Of a stretch of DNA of 60,245 nucleotides, positions 48,553 to 60,245 are shown piece after piece. The stretch spans positions 43,447,123-43,507,367 of the forward strand of contig NC_090379.1 of the NCBI RefSeq assembly GCF_036365525.1. The letters are read 5' to 3'. Source of the stretch: Heterodontus francisci. Lineage: Eukaryota. Position numbers and translations under genes: made by a program. The first letter of the stretch is position 1, and each line of letters begins with the position of its first letter. The notes under the pieces were generated by a model, which was not told where the DNA came from, did not search any database, and saw nothing but the letters and a program-made list of their open reading frames with translations.

Positions 48553-48989
48553 AACATTGACTACAATGATTTTACATTTTACACCATGTGCCCTGAAAAG
48601 AGCAGTTGCTTCCTTGGAAAAAAGAGGAGTCCGTAGAAGAACTGGCAGGTCTTGACGTGTCGGGCAGCGTACTCTGCCCGTTGTCTGGAGAAATAACAGT
48701 GGGTTTATAGGTGGTGGGGAATGAAAATGTGGGGGGGGGGGGGGGTGGCGCGGGGGATCTTGCAGCTGATAGGTCATTACATGTTTTGCTGCTATTGTTC
48801 GGCTAATTATGTTCTGTGATAGGTTGGTACATGCTCTAGTCCTTGCTGCTGATTGGTCAGCTATTGTGTCTCATGGTAAGTCAATGCATACTATTGTTAT
48901 TATCAGGGTATGCTGTGCTGCAAAAGCAGGCGGCGATGCATTTCTTGAGTAAGAGTATCCAGATATCACTGATGACCAGGCCACTGGTT

Positions 48990-51266
48990 TTTTTCTTCAT
49001 TCTTTCAAGGTATGGGTGCGTCACTGGCTAGGCCAGTATTTATTGTCCATCCCTAATTGCCCTCAAGAACCGCTTCCTGAACCGCTGCAGTCCATGTGGT
49101 ATAGGAACACCCATGGTGCTGTTAGGAGGGGAGTTCCAGGATTCTGACCCAGTGACAGTGAAGGAATGGTGATATAGTTCCAAATCAGGATGGTGCGTTG
49201 CAGCTGGTGGTGCTTCCATGTGCCTGCTGCCCTTGTCCTTCTAGGTGGTAGAGGTTGCGGGTTTGGAAGGTGCTGTCGAAGAAGCCTTGGTGAGCTTTTA
49301 CAGTGCATCTTTTAGATGGTACCCATTGCTGTCACTGTGCGCTGGTGGTGGAGGGAGTGAATGTTGAAGGTGGTGGATGGGGTACCAATTAAGCAGGCTG
49401 CTGTGTCCTGGATGGTGTCGAGTTTCTTGATTAGATTAGATTAGAGATACAGCACTGAAACAGGCCCTTCGGCCCACCGAGTCTGTGCCGAACATCAACC
49501 ACCCATTTATACTAATCCTACACTAATCCCATATTCCTACCAAACATCCCCACCTGTCCCTATATTTCCCTACCACATACCTATACTAGTGACAATTTAT
49601 AATGGCCAATTTACCTATCAACCTGCAAGTCTTTTGGCTTGTGGGAGGAAACCGGAGCACCCGGAGAAAACCCACGCAGACACAGGAAGAACTTGCAAAC
49701 TCCACACAGGCAGTACCCGGAATCAAACCCGGGTCCCTGGAGCTGTGAGGCTGCGGTGCTAACCACTGCGCCACTGTGCCGCCCTGAGTGCTGTTGGAGC
49801 TGCAATCATCCAGGCAAATGGAGAGCATTTCATCACGTGCCCTGTAGATGGTAGACAGGCTTTGGGGAGTAAGGAGATGAGTTACTCATTGCAGAATTCC
49901 CAGCCTCTGACCTGCTCTTGTAGCCACAGTATTTATGTGGCTGCTCCAGTTCAGTTTCTGGTCAATGGTAACACCCAGGATGTTGATAGTGGGGGATTCA
50001 ACAATGGCAATGCCATTGAACATTAAGGGGAGATGGTTAGATTCTCTCTTGTTTGAGATGGTCATTGCCTGGCACTTGTGTGGCACGAATGTAACTTGCT
50101 ACTTATCAGCCCAAGCCTGAATGTTGTCAAGATCTTGCTGCATATGGACACGGACTGCTTCAGTATCCGAGAAGTCGCGAATGGTGCTGAACATTCTGCA
50201 ATCATCAGCGAACATCCCCATTTCTGACGTTATGATGGAAAGAAGATCATTGATGAAGCAGCTGAAGATGGTTGGGCCTAGGACACTACCCTAAGGAACT
50301 CCTGTAGTGATGACCTGGGACTGAGATGATTGACTTCCAACAACCACAACCATCTTCCTTTGTGCTAGGTATGACTCCAACCAGTGGAGAGGTCCCCCCC
50401 TCGCCTCCCCACACCCGATTCCCATTGGCTCCAGTTTTGCTGGGGCTCCTTGATGCCACACTTCGGTTAAATTCTGCCTTGATGTCAAGGGCAGTCACTC
50501 TAACCTCACCTCGAGTTCAGCTCTTTTGTCCATGTTTGAACTAAGGCTGTAATGTCAGGAGCTGAGTTGCCCTGGCAGAAGCCAAACTGTGCTTCAGTGA
50601 GCAGGTTATTGCTGAATAAGTGTCACTTGATCGCACTGTCGATGACACCTTCCATCACTTTGCTGATAAGTAGACTGATGGGGCGGTAATTGGCCGGGTT
50701 GGATTTGTCCTGCTTTTTGTGTACAGGACATACCTGGGCAATTTTCCACATTGGCGGGTAGATGCCAGTGTTGTAGATGTACTCGAACAGCTTGGGTAGG
50801 GGCAGGGCCAGTTCTGGAGCACAAGTCTTCAGTACGATTGCCGGAATGTTGTTAGGACCCATAGCCTTTGCAGTATCCAGCACCTTCAGCCTTTTCTAGA
50901 TATCACGTGGAGTGAATCGAATTGGCTGAAGACTGGCATCTGTGAGGTTGGGGGGCTCAGGAGGAGGCCGAGATGGATCATCCACTCGGCACGTCTGGCT
51001 GAAGATGGTTGCAAATGCTTCAGCCTTGTCTTTTGCACTGATGGGCTGGGCTCCCCCATCTTTGAGGATGGAGATATTTGTGGAGCCACCTCCTCCTGTT
51101 AGTTGTTTAGTTGTCCACCACCATTCACGACTAGAGGTGGCAGGACTGCAGAGCTTAGATCTGATCTGTTGGTTGTGGGGTAGCTTAGCTCTGTCTATCG
51201 CATGCTGTTTTCACTGTTTGGCATGCATGTAGTCCAGTGTTGTAGCTTCACCAGGTTGACACCTCA
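48990..51266 (-). mobile_element. Second LINE family, ~1.9 kb copy with a nested V-SINE
   Basis: Colinear with 14575-16500; ORF 50623..50883 (WKIAQVCPVHKK...NYRPISL). Confidence 0.9.
49431..49784 (-). mobile_element. V-SINE (HE1-like), full length
   Basis: tRNA head GGGCGGCACAGTGGCGCAGTGGTTAGC; V-domain gtggagtttgca...ccggtttcctccca; CR1-like tail ending in (CTAAT)n; TGA duplicated at the insertion site. Confidence 0.88.
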
Positions 51267-52340
51267 TGGACCACAATAACTGGATCCTTACCACTTCCAC
51301 CCTTCCCCCACTCTTAAGTTCTTCTCCAGCCATGAGGAGATGTCCTTAACCCAAAACTCCTGGTCACAGCTGCAGAGAATAGTATCTATCCCCATGACTG
51401 TATCATCCGCTACTGCTGTCATTTATTTCCACTCCTCCCACTTGAATGGCTTCCTGTACTACAGTGCTATGCTCAGGTTGCTCATCCTACCTGCAGATTT
51501 TGCCTTTATCCACATAGGCAGCAAGAACACCATACCTGTTAGATAAAAGCAAAAGCCGAGGCTCCTCCAGCACTGCACCTGGGGCCCCATTAACCTGCCT
51601 GACTCACAGTCAGGCCCTCTTGGTCCCTGACCACTACATCAGAATTGTACGACTTCCTAATCTAAGGGGTGTGACTCCTGGATCAAGGTGTCCAGGTAAC
51701 TCTCCAACTCCCTGATGCCCTGCAACATCTGTACCTCAGTCACTAGCTCAACAACTCTGAGCTGAAGTTCCTCAAGATGCATACGCTTACTGCAAATGTG
51801 GTTATCCAAGAAATAATGCTTTCACAAACTCCCACATGCCACAGTTGGACTGGCATCTCTATCAGGGGGCACAAATAAGACTGGAAGAGTGATCGTGACA
51901 GTAGATTTGATAGGGGAACAGACAGGCGTTTCTGTGGCTGCAGACGTGAATTGCCTCCTTGGTGCCAGGGTCAAGGACATCACTAAACAGCTGCAGAGCA
52001 CTCTGAGGTGGGAGGGCAAACAGCCAGCAGTCATGGTCCACATTTGGTACCAACAACATAGGTAGGAAGAGGGATGTGGTTCCTCAGAAAGAGTTTAGTG
52101 AGCTAGGTAAGAAATTAGCAAACAGGAGCTCAAAAGTACTAATCTCTGGATTACTCCCAGTACCATGTGCAAGTGAGTATAGAAATAGGAGGATAAAGCA
52201 AATGAATGCATGATGGTGCAGGAGGGAGGGATTTAGATTCTTAGGACATTTGGAATGGCTCTGGGGAGATGGGATCTGTAAGGCCATACAGGTTGCACCT
52301 AAATAGAGCTGGGACTGAGTTCCTTGCAGGGTGGTTTTAG
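51267..52340. mobile_element. Two divergently oriented CR1 ORF1 (SGNH/esterase-like) remnants
   Basis: Plus strand 51880-52340 encodes DRRFCG...CLLGARVKDI...QPAVMVHI-GTNNIGR. A decayed minus-strand counterpart lies at about 51267-51850. Confidence 0.6.
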
Positions 52341-52853
52341 TCACCCCTCTTTATATCGTCTTTGATCTCAATTTTAGTTTGATTACATCTCTGAAGTGCC
52401 TTGGGATTTTTTTTCCGCGTTATATCCAAATAACACAGCTTTATTGCCACCATTAGGGTACAGAACTAATTTTTTTTAAAAGAGAAACAATAACAACCTG
52501 CAAAGCTGTTGAAATGAAGTTACCTCAAAAAGGCAGACAGAGCAATGTGAGCTCGCTTTTATTTAATCAAAACATGAAATTTAAACCAGGCCAAAGGTGA
52601 CACGCTAATTATTGTACTTTTATTACTTAGGATATTGTACTTAATGTAATTTTGTAATTAATGCATTTTAAATACGTACATATAAATTATAATTTAAGTA
52701 CTGAACTGCATGGAGGACAAGTTACAATAAACATGAGCCATTTCTAAACATATACAAAAAATACTTGCTAGCATTAACGATTCACTTGCCGACATTTTTC
52801 AGATTACAAATATATGAAGTAATTGTTTTTCTAATAAATTACTTTCTACTTAC

Positions 52854-52918
52854 GATCTGAGGATTAATCCGTGCATTTTAAAAGCAGCTGAAACTTTCGT
52901 CTTGAGTTTTGTCGCCAT
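52854..52918 (-). CDS. POLE2: DNA polymerase epsilon subunit 2, exon 1 (MATKLKTKVSAAFKMHGLILRS)
   Basis: ATG at 52918; donor TC|gtaagt; 65 nt; matches the POLE2 N-terminus (SAFKLRGLLLR). Confidence 0.9.
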
Positions 52919-52919
52919 C

Positions 52920-53070
52920 CTGCAGCTCTGGCGCCAAATCGCAGCATCCGTCACAAAGCACAACGCGGCCGGATCCTGAGAATGGCGCCAACCTGCTCAT
53001 TCATAAAGTAGCTGTCAGTCTGGAGAGACCTACTGACCACACGTCCTAACAACCCATTTCCGCCCTCTTA
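52920..53070 (-). promoter_or_regulatory. POLE2 proximal promoter/5'UTR with E2F-type sites
   Basis: TTTGGCGCCA (52929-52938) and TTGGCGCCA (52983-52991) on the minus strand, TTTCCGCC near 53057, small CpG cluster. Fits an S-phase replication gene. Confidence 0.6.
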
Positions 53071-53249
53071 AAGCCCTAGTAGGAGGAGCCCGTGAACCTT
53101 CATTCAACTCCAAGATTGAGATCATCCAGTTAGGAGTCTCCCCCTGGAGGTGTAGGGTTTGACAACATTGAAGAAGGAGAACATTTTAGAGTTTGGTAGC
53201 TTTTGGGAAAAGGGTGATGGTTCAAAAAATAAGGAAGGGAAGATCATGT

Positions 53250-53585
53250 GACTTTAGTGCAATACTGAGGGAGTGCTGCCCTGTCGGAGGTGCTGTCTTT
53301 CTCATGAGACATTAAACTATGCATTCTCAGGTGGAGGTAAAAAACCCCATAGCACTATTTCAAAAAAGAGCAGGGGCGTTATCCCCGGTTCCCTGGCAAA
53401 TATTTTATCCCTCACTAAAAGGATCTGGTCATCACATTGCTGTTATGTGAGCTTGCTGTGCATAAACTGGCTGCCAGATTCCCTACATTACAACAGTGAC
53501 TACAATTCAAAAGTACGTCACTGGCTGCATAGTACTTTAGGAGGCTTTGAGGTTGTGAAAGGCTCTATATAAATGAAAGTTCTTT
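53250..53585 (+). mobile_element. Deu-SINE (5'-truncated) just upstream of POLE2
   Basis: gtgcaatactgagggagtgctgccctgtcggaggtgctgtcttt...ccccggttccctggcaaa...tatataaatgaaagttc; same family as the 35.0 kb copy. Confidence 0.75.
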
Positions 53586-54229
53586 AGCATAGCTGCATAT
53601 GCACATAAACAATGATTGTTTCAGAATTCTAATTATAAAGAAAAAAGCACAGGTTTAAATCATACACCTTTATCTGTCTCTGAGCTAGACTATAAAGACT
53701 ATAAACAAAAATTTTGAAATTGTTTTCAAGTTAAGTTGCTCAAACTTGTCTTTGTTTTCAATCATTTGGAAAAGCACATTCAAATGATCTGAATAAGGTA
53801 GACAGACGAGCATTTTCTAATAGAAATCCTCCAAAAAAGTAAAAGAAAGCATGGGTGGTGTAATCAATTTCTTTCTCTCAAGTAAAAATTAAGCATTTGA
53901 TTGTTTAAATCTGAAATTTTACTTGAAAACAGGATTAAATTAAAATTCATTCTCCAGTTTGTTTTCAAATCATGGCAGAACAAAGAAAATCACTCGTCCT
54001 GTAATGAGGAAGGAATCGTACTGATGCATGCTGAGAGATACTGCATATGATCAGACAATAGCATTGTGGAATTTTCCAGCTCAGGTGAGGTTGTAACTGT
54101 CTTCAGCTGGCAGTGTAATACTGTGGTAAAAAAAAAATTAACTCAGCCCAGGGTTTTGATAGAGGCCGAGTCTCCAATCTTTAAAAAAGATACTCAAAGG
54201 AAAAAATATAGATAACTTTAATTATGTTA

Positions 54230-54905
54230 TTGTTGCTTGTTTGCAACCTTGGTGTCATATTTGACCCCAAGATAAGCTTCCGATCACATATCTGCGCCAT
54301 CACCAAGACTGCTTATTTCTGTATCATTGCCCAATTTCACCCCTACCTCAGATCTTCTGATGCTGAAAACTTCATTCATACCTTTGTTACTACTAAACTT
54401 GACTATTCCAATGTACTCCTTGCTAGCCTCGCACATTCTACCCTCCATGAACTTAAGGTCATCCAAAACTCTGCTGTCCATTTCCTTACTCACACTAAGT
54501 CCCATTCATGTCACTCCTGTGCTGGCTGACCTAAACAGGCTTCCGGTTAAGCAACGTCTTGATTTTAAACTTCTCATCCTTGTTTTCAAATCACTCCATG
54601 ACCTCAACCCTCCTTCTCTCTGTAATCTCTTCAATCCCACAACCCTCCAAGATACCTGCACTCCTCTAATTCTGGCCACTTAAGCAGCCAGATTTTAATT
54701 GCTCTACCATTGGTGGCTGTGCATTCAGCTGCCTAGGCCCTAACTCTGAAATTCCTTCCCTAAACCTCTCCAGCTTCAAAATCTGACTGTTTGCCCTAAT
54801 ATTGCCTTATGTGGCTTGGTGTTTAATTTTGCTTTATAACACTCCTGTGAGGTGCCATAGGACATTCTATTATGTCAAAGATGTTATATAAATAAAAGTT
54901 ATGGT
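54230..54905 (+). mobile_element. L2-type LINE 3' end
   Basis: ORFs 54224..54529 (NLGVIFD...KLDYSNVLL) and 54327..54683 (HVTPVLADLNRLPVKQRLDFKLLILVFK). Confidence 0.85.
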
Positions 54906-55764
54906 ATAATGAAATACCTAAATGTAGATGATTAAATTATGCATGATCAATTGATGAATATTAATTTTAATAAATTAATTACAAAAATCCACATATAAAC
55001 TTAGCAAATTTTTTGTATTTTGTTATTTTTGTACCCGAAAAAGGGAGTAGGTTAAAAGTTCCAAAAGATGGTGCAAATGCTGTTTGTCCATAGCTCTTGC
55101 GTACCTGTTACTTCTAATCAACATGTTATGTAATTCAGCGGTTCTCAACCAGGGATCGGGAGAAGATTTCAAGGGGTCCGCCAAAGAGTAGGTAAAGTAA
55201 TAGCTTTTTATTGCCCGAACAAAATATGGTGGCACTCTTTCTCAAATTGGCACTGCCCCACATTGTGTCTGCAGTACCATATAGTGAGATCACTGGATAG
55301 CAATTGGAAGCTATCAGCAGTGATGTTTGAAAAGGCAAATCGTGATAAAGCATGGAGGTGAAGGGTGCACCTGGAAATGGACAGCAGCACATGGGGATAC
55401 TCCAAGCAACTCACTTGGAGACAGCAAAGCTGAGACTTTTAGACAAGTCCCAGCTCCCCTCTTGGTGGGGGGGGGGGGGGGGGGTGGTGTGGGGGGCAAG
55501 TAGTGGGGTGATGTTGGCAGTTAATGAGTTGGGCCCCACACGTACCCCATCTCCCCCCCCCCAGCCTTCACGGATCCAGCCTCTGCCACAGACTCTGCCT
55601 TCCCATATCTAGGCTTCAGCTGTGGTAAGGTCACTATTTAGTCACCTGCAGGCCACCACTCCAATAACCCGTGACGCAGAAAGTCGGGCCCAGCAACTCA
55701 TTGCACAGCACCTCCCAAGAACTTGGAATTAATGTGGTGCCATTTCACAATGATTGATTGACAT

Positions 55765-56072
55765 CTTTCCATCTACAAAAGATGATGGACATGCAGAAAA
55801 CAATTCATTTAGGTGGGGTGTCTTCTCTTGGTGCACCTTTGCTGGTGGCTGTGAAGGCCAATCCTTGAGAGGCAGGTTCTGCCACAAGTGCTGCACATGA
55901 AACTGCCAAGTGATGCTGTGAGTTGTTGTTTATGATGTTGATGCCTGTTGCCAAGCTGCTGTAGCAACTGGTCATCATGGTAGTGCACATCAGTCCACAG
56001 GATGTGTCGCCATTTCCCTCTTTCGCCAGCTAGTGACTCCCAGGTGAGATAGTCGACATTTAGGGCCTTCAT
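55765..56072 (-). mobile_element. RTE-clade LINE 3' end
   Basis: ORF 55809..56072: TWESLAGERGKWR...FMCSTCGRTCLSRIGLHSHQQRC, a C-terminal motif typical of RTE/BovB-like ORFs. Confidence 0.75.
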
Positions 56073-56520
56073 AATAAAAGCAAAATACTGCAGATGCTGG
56101 AAATCTGAAATAAAAACAAAAAATGCTGGAAATACTCAGCAGGTCTGGCAGCATCTGTGCAGAGAAGCAGAGTTAACGTTTCAGGTCAGTGACCTTTCAT
56201 CAGAATATGTTCTGATGAAAGATAACAGACCTGAAATGTTATTTTATTTTATTCCATTATTTCACTACAACTACTAGCACTCCTTTTGCGTTTTGTTCCA
56301 TGACATCTCTGTCGTTAATCTCTCCTGGTCTCTGCATATCACACACCTTCCCTTTTGTCCTTCTTCCCCCTCCCCCTTTTCACTTGCTCAAAGCCTATTA
56401 CATTTCTAACCTTTGCCAGTTCTGATGAAAGGTCACAGACCTGAAACATTAACTCTGTTTCTCTCTCCATAGATGCTGCCAGACCTCTGAGTATTTTCAG
56501 CACTTTCTGTTTTTATTTCC
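56073..56520. mobile_element. Penelope pLTRs in inverted arrangement, each with a hammerhead-like core
   Basis: 56073-56206 in one orientation, 56209-56520 in the other; CUGAUGA-aagguc/gaccu-GAAA at 56418-56454 (+) and 56171-56206 (-). Confidence 0.78.
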
Positions 56521-57774
56521 AAAGAGGGGTTGGGATCTGATCCTTTGTTAACCCACCTGGCATATCTGATGCTTTGCTCATCCATGTGGGATATCTGATA
56601 TGAGATTTGAGATTGGGATAATATGCTTTACTCACCATTGAGGTGACAGCTGGAATATTTTTAATACATTTTGATTCAATTTGACAAGTTGGTGCATCTC
56701 AGGTAACGTAATACATTCTTTCTTTACATAAAATATAGTAAAGCTATTTCAGTGGGAACAAATAAATGACAAAGAACAGGAAAAATTGTTGTAAAAGCAA
56801 ACAATAAACAGCAGATATGGATAAATTTTTCATTCAACCATCAGCTTCAAAACAAAAAACACATAGACCAATGATACAGAACTTCTTTCATCAAATTGAA
56901 CCGCAAGGACTGAAGAACCCCAAAGAGATAGAGGTGTGGCCACCTATAGCTCCGCAAAAGTAAGGAACTACAAAGTCGGCTACTTGAATTTCAGTTATAT
57001 TTGTACTGGAAGTAGAGATATACCTCTACTGCAGTGTGTAATTTTTGGGCAAGTACTATCCAATGAATCTTTGAATCCCTCCAAATTACAGACATTTAAT
57101 TACCAAGCATGAAATATATAAGGACAAGCAACACTCATTTTTTTGTAATTGTATAACAAATTTTTATACAAAAAAACTTGTGTTATTCAGAATCTGTAGA
57201 ATTTTTATAACATGGGAGGGAGGCCTCAGAAGCGAAAAGGTTGAGAACCTGTGATGTAGTTTACACTACAGCCTAATAGAACATTTTTGCCTTCCCTGGT
57301 CCATGGGATCAGAAGAGGATTTGTGTCATATCTGGCAGATTAAATCTATTAACAAGAGTTTCTGTTAGGATTGTCTGGGGAATATTAACACATTGTGTAC
57401 ACAGTCACGCTCCAGTTCATGAGGAGTAACTACTCCTTGGTGCAGAGCAGAAGGAAAATATCTAGGTAAAGCATACAAACATAACAGGAAGCGTTGAAGG
57501 TTCAGAAAGCAATAAGGAAAGTAAAAGGAGTTTGAGATGGGGTGGGACTGACTGCCTTACAGCAAACAGTCTATTTACTCAACAGAGTATATTTAAACAG
57601 AGTCTCTATGAACTACAGCAAACAAAATGCATGACTAAAACTACAGCAGAGTCTCCCAATTAATTCTCCAGCTAAAAACAGCGAGTGAGTATTCTTACAT
57701 AATACAAATTATGAGTAAAATCAACCCTTAACCCAAATATACTAAAATACATTGTCAAATAATGAAATAGAAAG

Positions 57775-57930
57775 AAGAAAGACTTGTATTTATATAATGC
57801 CTTTCACATGTCCCAAAACACTTTGCAGCCTGTAATTGTACATGTCACTGTAAAATTGTAGGAAACACAACAACCTATCTATGCACAGCAAGCTCCTGCT
57901 AACAGCAATGTAATAATGAACAGATACCTG
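57775..57930 (-). mobile_element. Deu-SINE 3' fragment
   Basis: Reverse complement of the 53420-53585 type tail. Confidence 0.6.
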
Positions 57931-58339
57931 TGTGCCCCAGTAGTATTATGATCTGGCTATTTGATTTTGAATACAAATATTTTTGGGGTGGTCCGGATTT
58001 AAGTTCAATGACAGAAAATTTCAGATTTAGGATTAAAAATCTTATGACATTAGAGAAGAATTTATTTTTCACACACATTTAGGCAACATACTTTCAACAA
58101 GAGGATGATAGAATTGTGGAACAGATTACCAGCAGGCAGGAAAGGTGTAACAAAAAACGTTGTTAGGAGAGACAGGGCTAAAGGGTGGAGGTGTCGGCTC
58201 TATGGACTTCTGTTACTAAAATGAAAAGTGGGACTAGGTCGTATAATATATTATATACCCAAATGTAATGCATACGAGCATAACATAACAGAATTGATAT
58301 TTCAGTAAAATTAGGAAATGCATTCATTCATTCATTTAA

Positions 58340-58660
58340 CAGCACCGTATGGCCCTAACTACAAGCACAGGCATGAACCCTATTGCTGCCAGTTTCGACA
58401 ATTATCGCTGCATTTTGAGACATTTCGCTTTCCGTCATGTTTCCCTCGCTATCCCGGATGTAACAGGTCGGGGAGTCCGTGGGCTGAGGGGCGGAAATGG
58501 CCGATTCTGGAATTGACTGGGTGGCAGAAGAGAGAAGCGGCCACTGTGCTGTCCTCGATGGCAACTATTTGTATGTGTGGGGTGGTTATGTGGTAAGTTT
58601 CTGTTGTTGGGGGTGGCTGGATCCTGCTACCTCATTACCCGGAGCGCCGGCTCGGACACA
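58340..58660 (+). promoter_or_regulatory. CpG-rich KLHDC1 promoter/first exon region
   Basis: CpG cluster; CCGGATGT (ETS-like) and GGGGCGGAAATGGC (GC-box/ETS/YY1-like) next to the ATG. Confidence 0.5.
58497..58592 (+). CDS. KLHDC1: Kelch domain-containing protein 1, coding exon 1 (gene continues beyond the window)
   Basis: MADSGIDWVAEERSGHCAVLDGNYLYVWGGYV followed by donor gtaagt. Matches the recalled KLHDC1 start (MADSQLFCVAEERSGHCAVVDGNFLYVWGGYV). Divergent from POLE2. Confidence 0.9.
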
Positions 58661-58917
58661 CCACTCAGACTGGGTTAATTTTCATATGTTTGGCCTTTGT
58701 AGGTTAGAAAAGAGATTAATGCGTACAAGGTGAGAAAGGATATATAATAATCGCCATTCTAATGCCAGGTTTTCGTTTACTTTTTGGTTCATGTAGTTGC
58801 AGGTGTATTACAGTGTTTCAATTGTGTAAAGGTGAGAAATGAAGTCGTCTGGCATATTCCATTGTGTTCAGGCGCTTTTTAAATGCCGTATGTCACCAGC
58901 AATATTACCGTATCTAT

Positions 58918-59007
58918 GAAGGGTCACTGACCCGAAACGTTAACTCTACTTCTCTTTCCACAGATGCTGCCAGACCTGCTGAGTGAATCCAGCATTTCTT
59001 GTTTTTG
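58918..59007 (+). mobile_element. 90-bp solo Penelope pLTR fragment
   Basis: Flanked by the 13-bp TSD TTACCGTATCTAT (58905-58917 / 59008-59020). Confidence 0.85.
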
Positions 59008-59189
59008 TTACCGTATCTATTATTGTGCATTGGGCCATTTCAGATTTTGAAAAGGTTGTAGTATTTTGAGGATCATCGTGGCATAGCAGTTGGAGAGCAG
59101 CACACTATAATTCCTCCTCTAATGTTGACCGCTATCTATAGCAGAGAAAGGAGATGCACTGTCGAAGGAAAACAAAATAGTGGTCGAAA

Positions 59190-59462
59190 CAAAAACAAGA
59201 AATACTGGAATCACTCAGCAGGTCTGGCAGCATCTGTGGAAAGAGAAGCAGAGTTAACGTTTCGGGTCAGTGACCCTTCTTCGGAACTGACAAATATTAG
59301 AAAAGTCACAGATTATAAACAAGTGAGGTGGGGGTGGGGCAAGAGATAACAAAGGAGAAGGTGCAGATTGGACCTGGCCACATAGCTGACCAAAAGGTCA
59401 CGGAGAAAAGGCAAACAATATGTTAATGGTGTGTTGAAAGACAAAGCATTAGTACAGATTAG
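59190..59462 (-). mobile_element. 273-bp Penelope 3'UTR/pLTR insertion
   Basis: Flanked by the 10-bp TSD GTGGTCGAAA; colinear with 13545-13820. Confidence 0.82.
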
Positions 59463-59697
59463 GTGGTCGAAAGGGAGGAAACCATTAGATCAAGAAACCC
59501 CGAGATAGGAAAGCAGAGATGGGTGAATCTAAGAGTAAGAAAATCACAATTTGTAATTTATTTTGATTTTGTTTTGATTTGTTTTCAGTGACTTCCCCCT
59601 CCCCGGACGCTTTTGCTTATTTTAGCACCTTTTGGTTTTTATGTTTATCTTTGAAAAATTAGAAAGGAGACACCTTGATACAATATAAGATATGGTA

Positions 59698-60245
59698 TAA
59701 AAACAAAATACTGCGGATGCTGGAAATCTGAAATAAAAACAAGAAATGCTGTAATCACTCAGCAGGTCTGGCAGCATCTGTGGAAAGAGAAGCAGAGTTA
59801 ACGTTTCAGGTCAGTGACCCTTCATCGGAAAAAATAACTAAAAATGAAAGTAAAATGGGGGGCTGTCATGCTCTGAAATTATTGAACTCAATGTTCAGTC
59901 CGGCAGGCTGTAGTGTGCCTAATCGGTAAATGAGATGCTGTTCCTCGAGCTTGCGTTGATGTTCACTGGAACACTGCAGCAATCCCAGGACAGAGATGTG
60001 AGCATGAGAGCAGGGGGGAGTGTTGAAATGGCAAGCAACCGGAAGCTCAGGGTCCTGCTTGCGGACTGAGCGGAGATGTTCCGCAAAGCGGTCACCCAGT
60101 CTGCGCTTAGTCTCCCCAATGTAGAGGAGACCACACTGTGAGCGGTGAATACAATATACTACATTGAAAGAAGTACAAGTAAATCGCTGCTTCACCTGAA
60201 AGGAGTGTTTGGGGCCTGGGATAGTGAGGAGAGAGGAGGTAAATG
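59698..60245 (-). mobile_element. Penelope-like element (GIY-YIG + pLTR), runs off the window
   Basis: ORF 59866..60195 (GLLYIGETKRRLGDRFAEH) is very similar to 13978..14307. Confidence 0.9.

Larger units (their letters stand above)
55136..57253 (+). mobile_element. hAT-Charlie/Buster-type DNA transposon deletion derivative with nested insertions
   Basis: TIR CAGCGGTTCTCAACC / GGTTGAGAACCTGTG; 8-bp TSD ATGTAATT/ATGTAGTT. Transposase BED-finger remnant at 56954-57143: KVRNYKVGYLNFSYIC...QCVIFGQVLSNESLNPSKL/RHLITKH. Confidence 0.82.

Noticed and set aside
49700-49784. tRNA-like sequences (also 21295-21390)
   Set aside because: These are SINE heads with A/B boxes, not complete tRNA cloverleafs.
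55466-55484. Long G/C homopolymers (also ~5018-5039, 42410-42426, 48731-48745) as G-quadruplex elements
   Set aside because: Mostly within repeats, and homopolymer lengths are assembly-sensitive; no support for function.
13503-59830. Recurring ~100-bp unit as a CRISPR-like or satellite array
   Set aside because: Copies are dispersed, in both orientations, and attached to GIY-YIG ORFs, so they are Penelope pLTRs.

Overview
Vertebrate genomic DNA, most likely from a cartilaginous fish (shark/ray), judged from the V-SINE/HE1-like, Deu-SINE and CR1/HER1-like repeats. Three protein-coding genes lie in the order and orientation I recall for human 14q21. DNAAF2/kintoun is complete on the minus strand (3 coding exons, 918 aa). 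POLE2 is complete on the minus strand (19 coding exons assembled by hand, 1581 nt, 526 aa) and has a U12-type AT-AC intron 8. Only the first coding exon of KLHDC1 (plus strand) is present. Most of the rest is transposable-element material: CR1, L2 and RTE LINE pieces, a second CR1/L2-group LINE with a partner tRNA-SINE, V- and Deu-SINEs, two Penelope-like (GIY-YIG) families with minimal hammerhead-ribozyme motifs, five PIF/Harbinger-type MITEs, a hAT MITE and a decayed hAT-Charlie/Buster element. The most notable items are the hammerhead motifs, tiny Penelope pLTR-only insertions with long target-site duplications (one forms a perfect 70-bp hairpin), a hAT MITE carrying a CRE/NRF1 module with outward-facing splice donors, the AT-AC intron, and a candidate alternative or poison exon in DNAAF2. 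I found no convincing wholly new protein-coding system. Repeat boundaries without a TIR or TSD are approximate, and family names come from memory rather than a database search.
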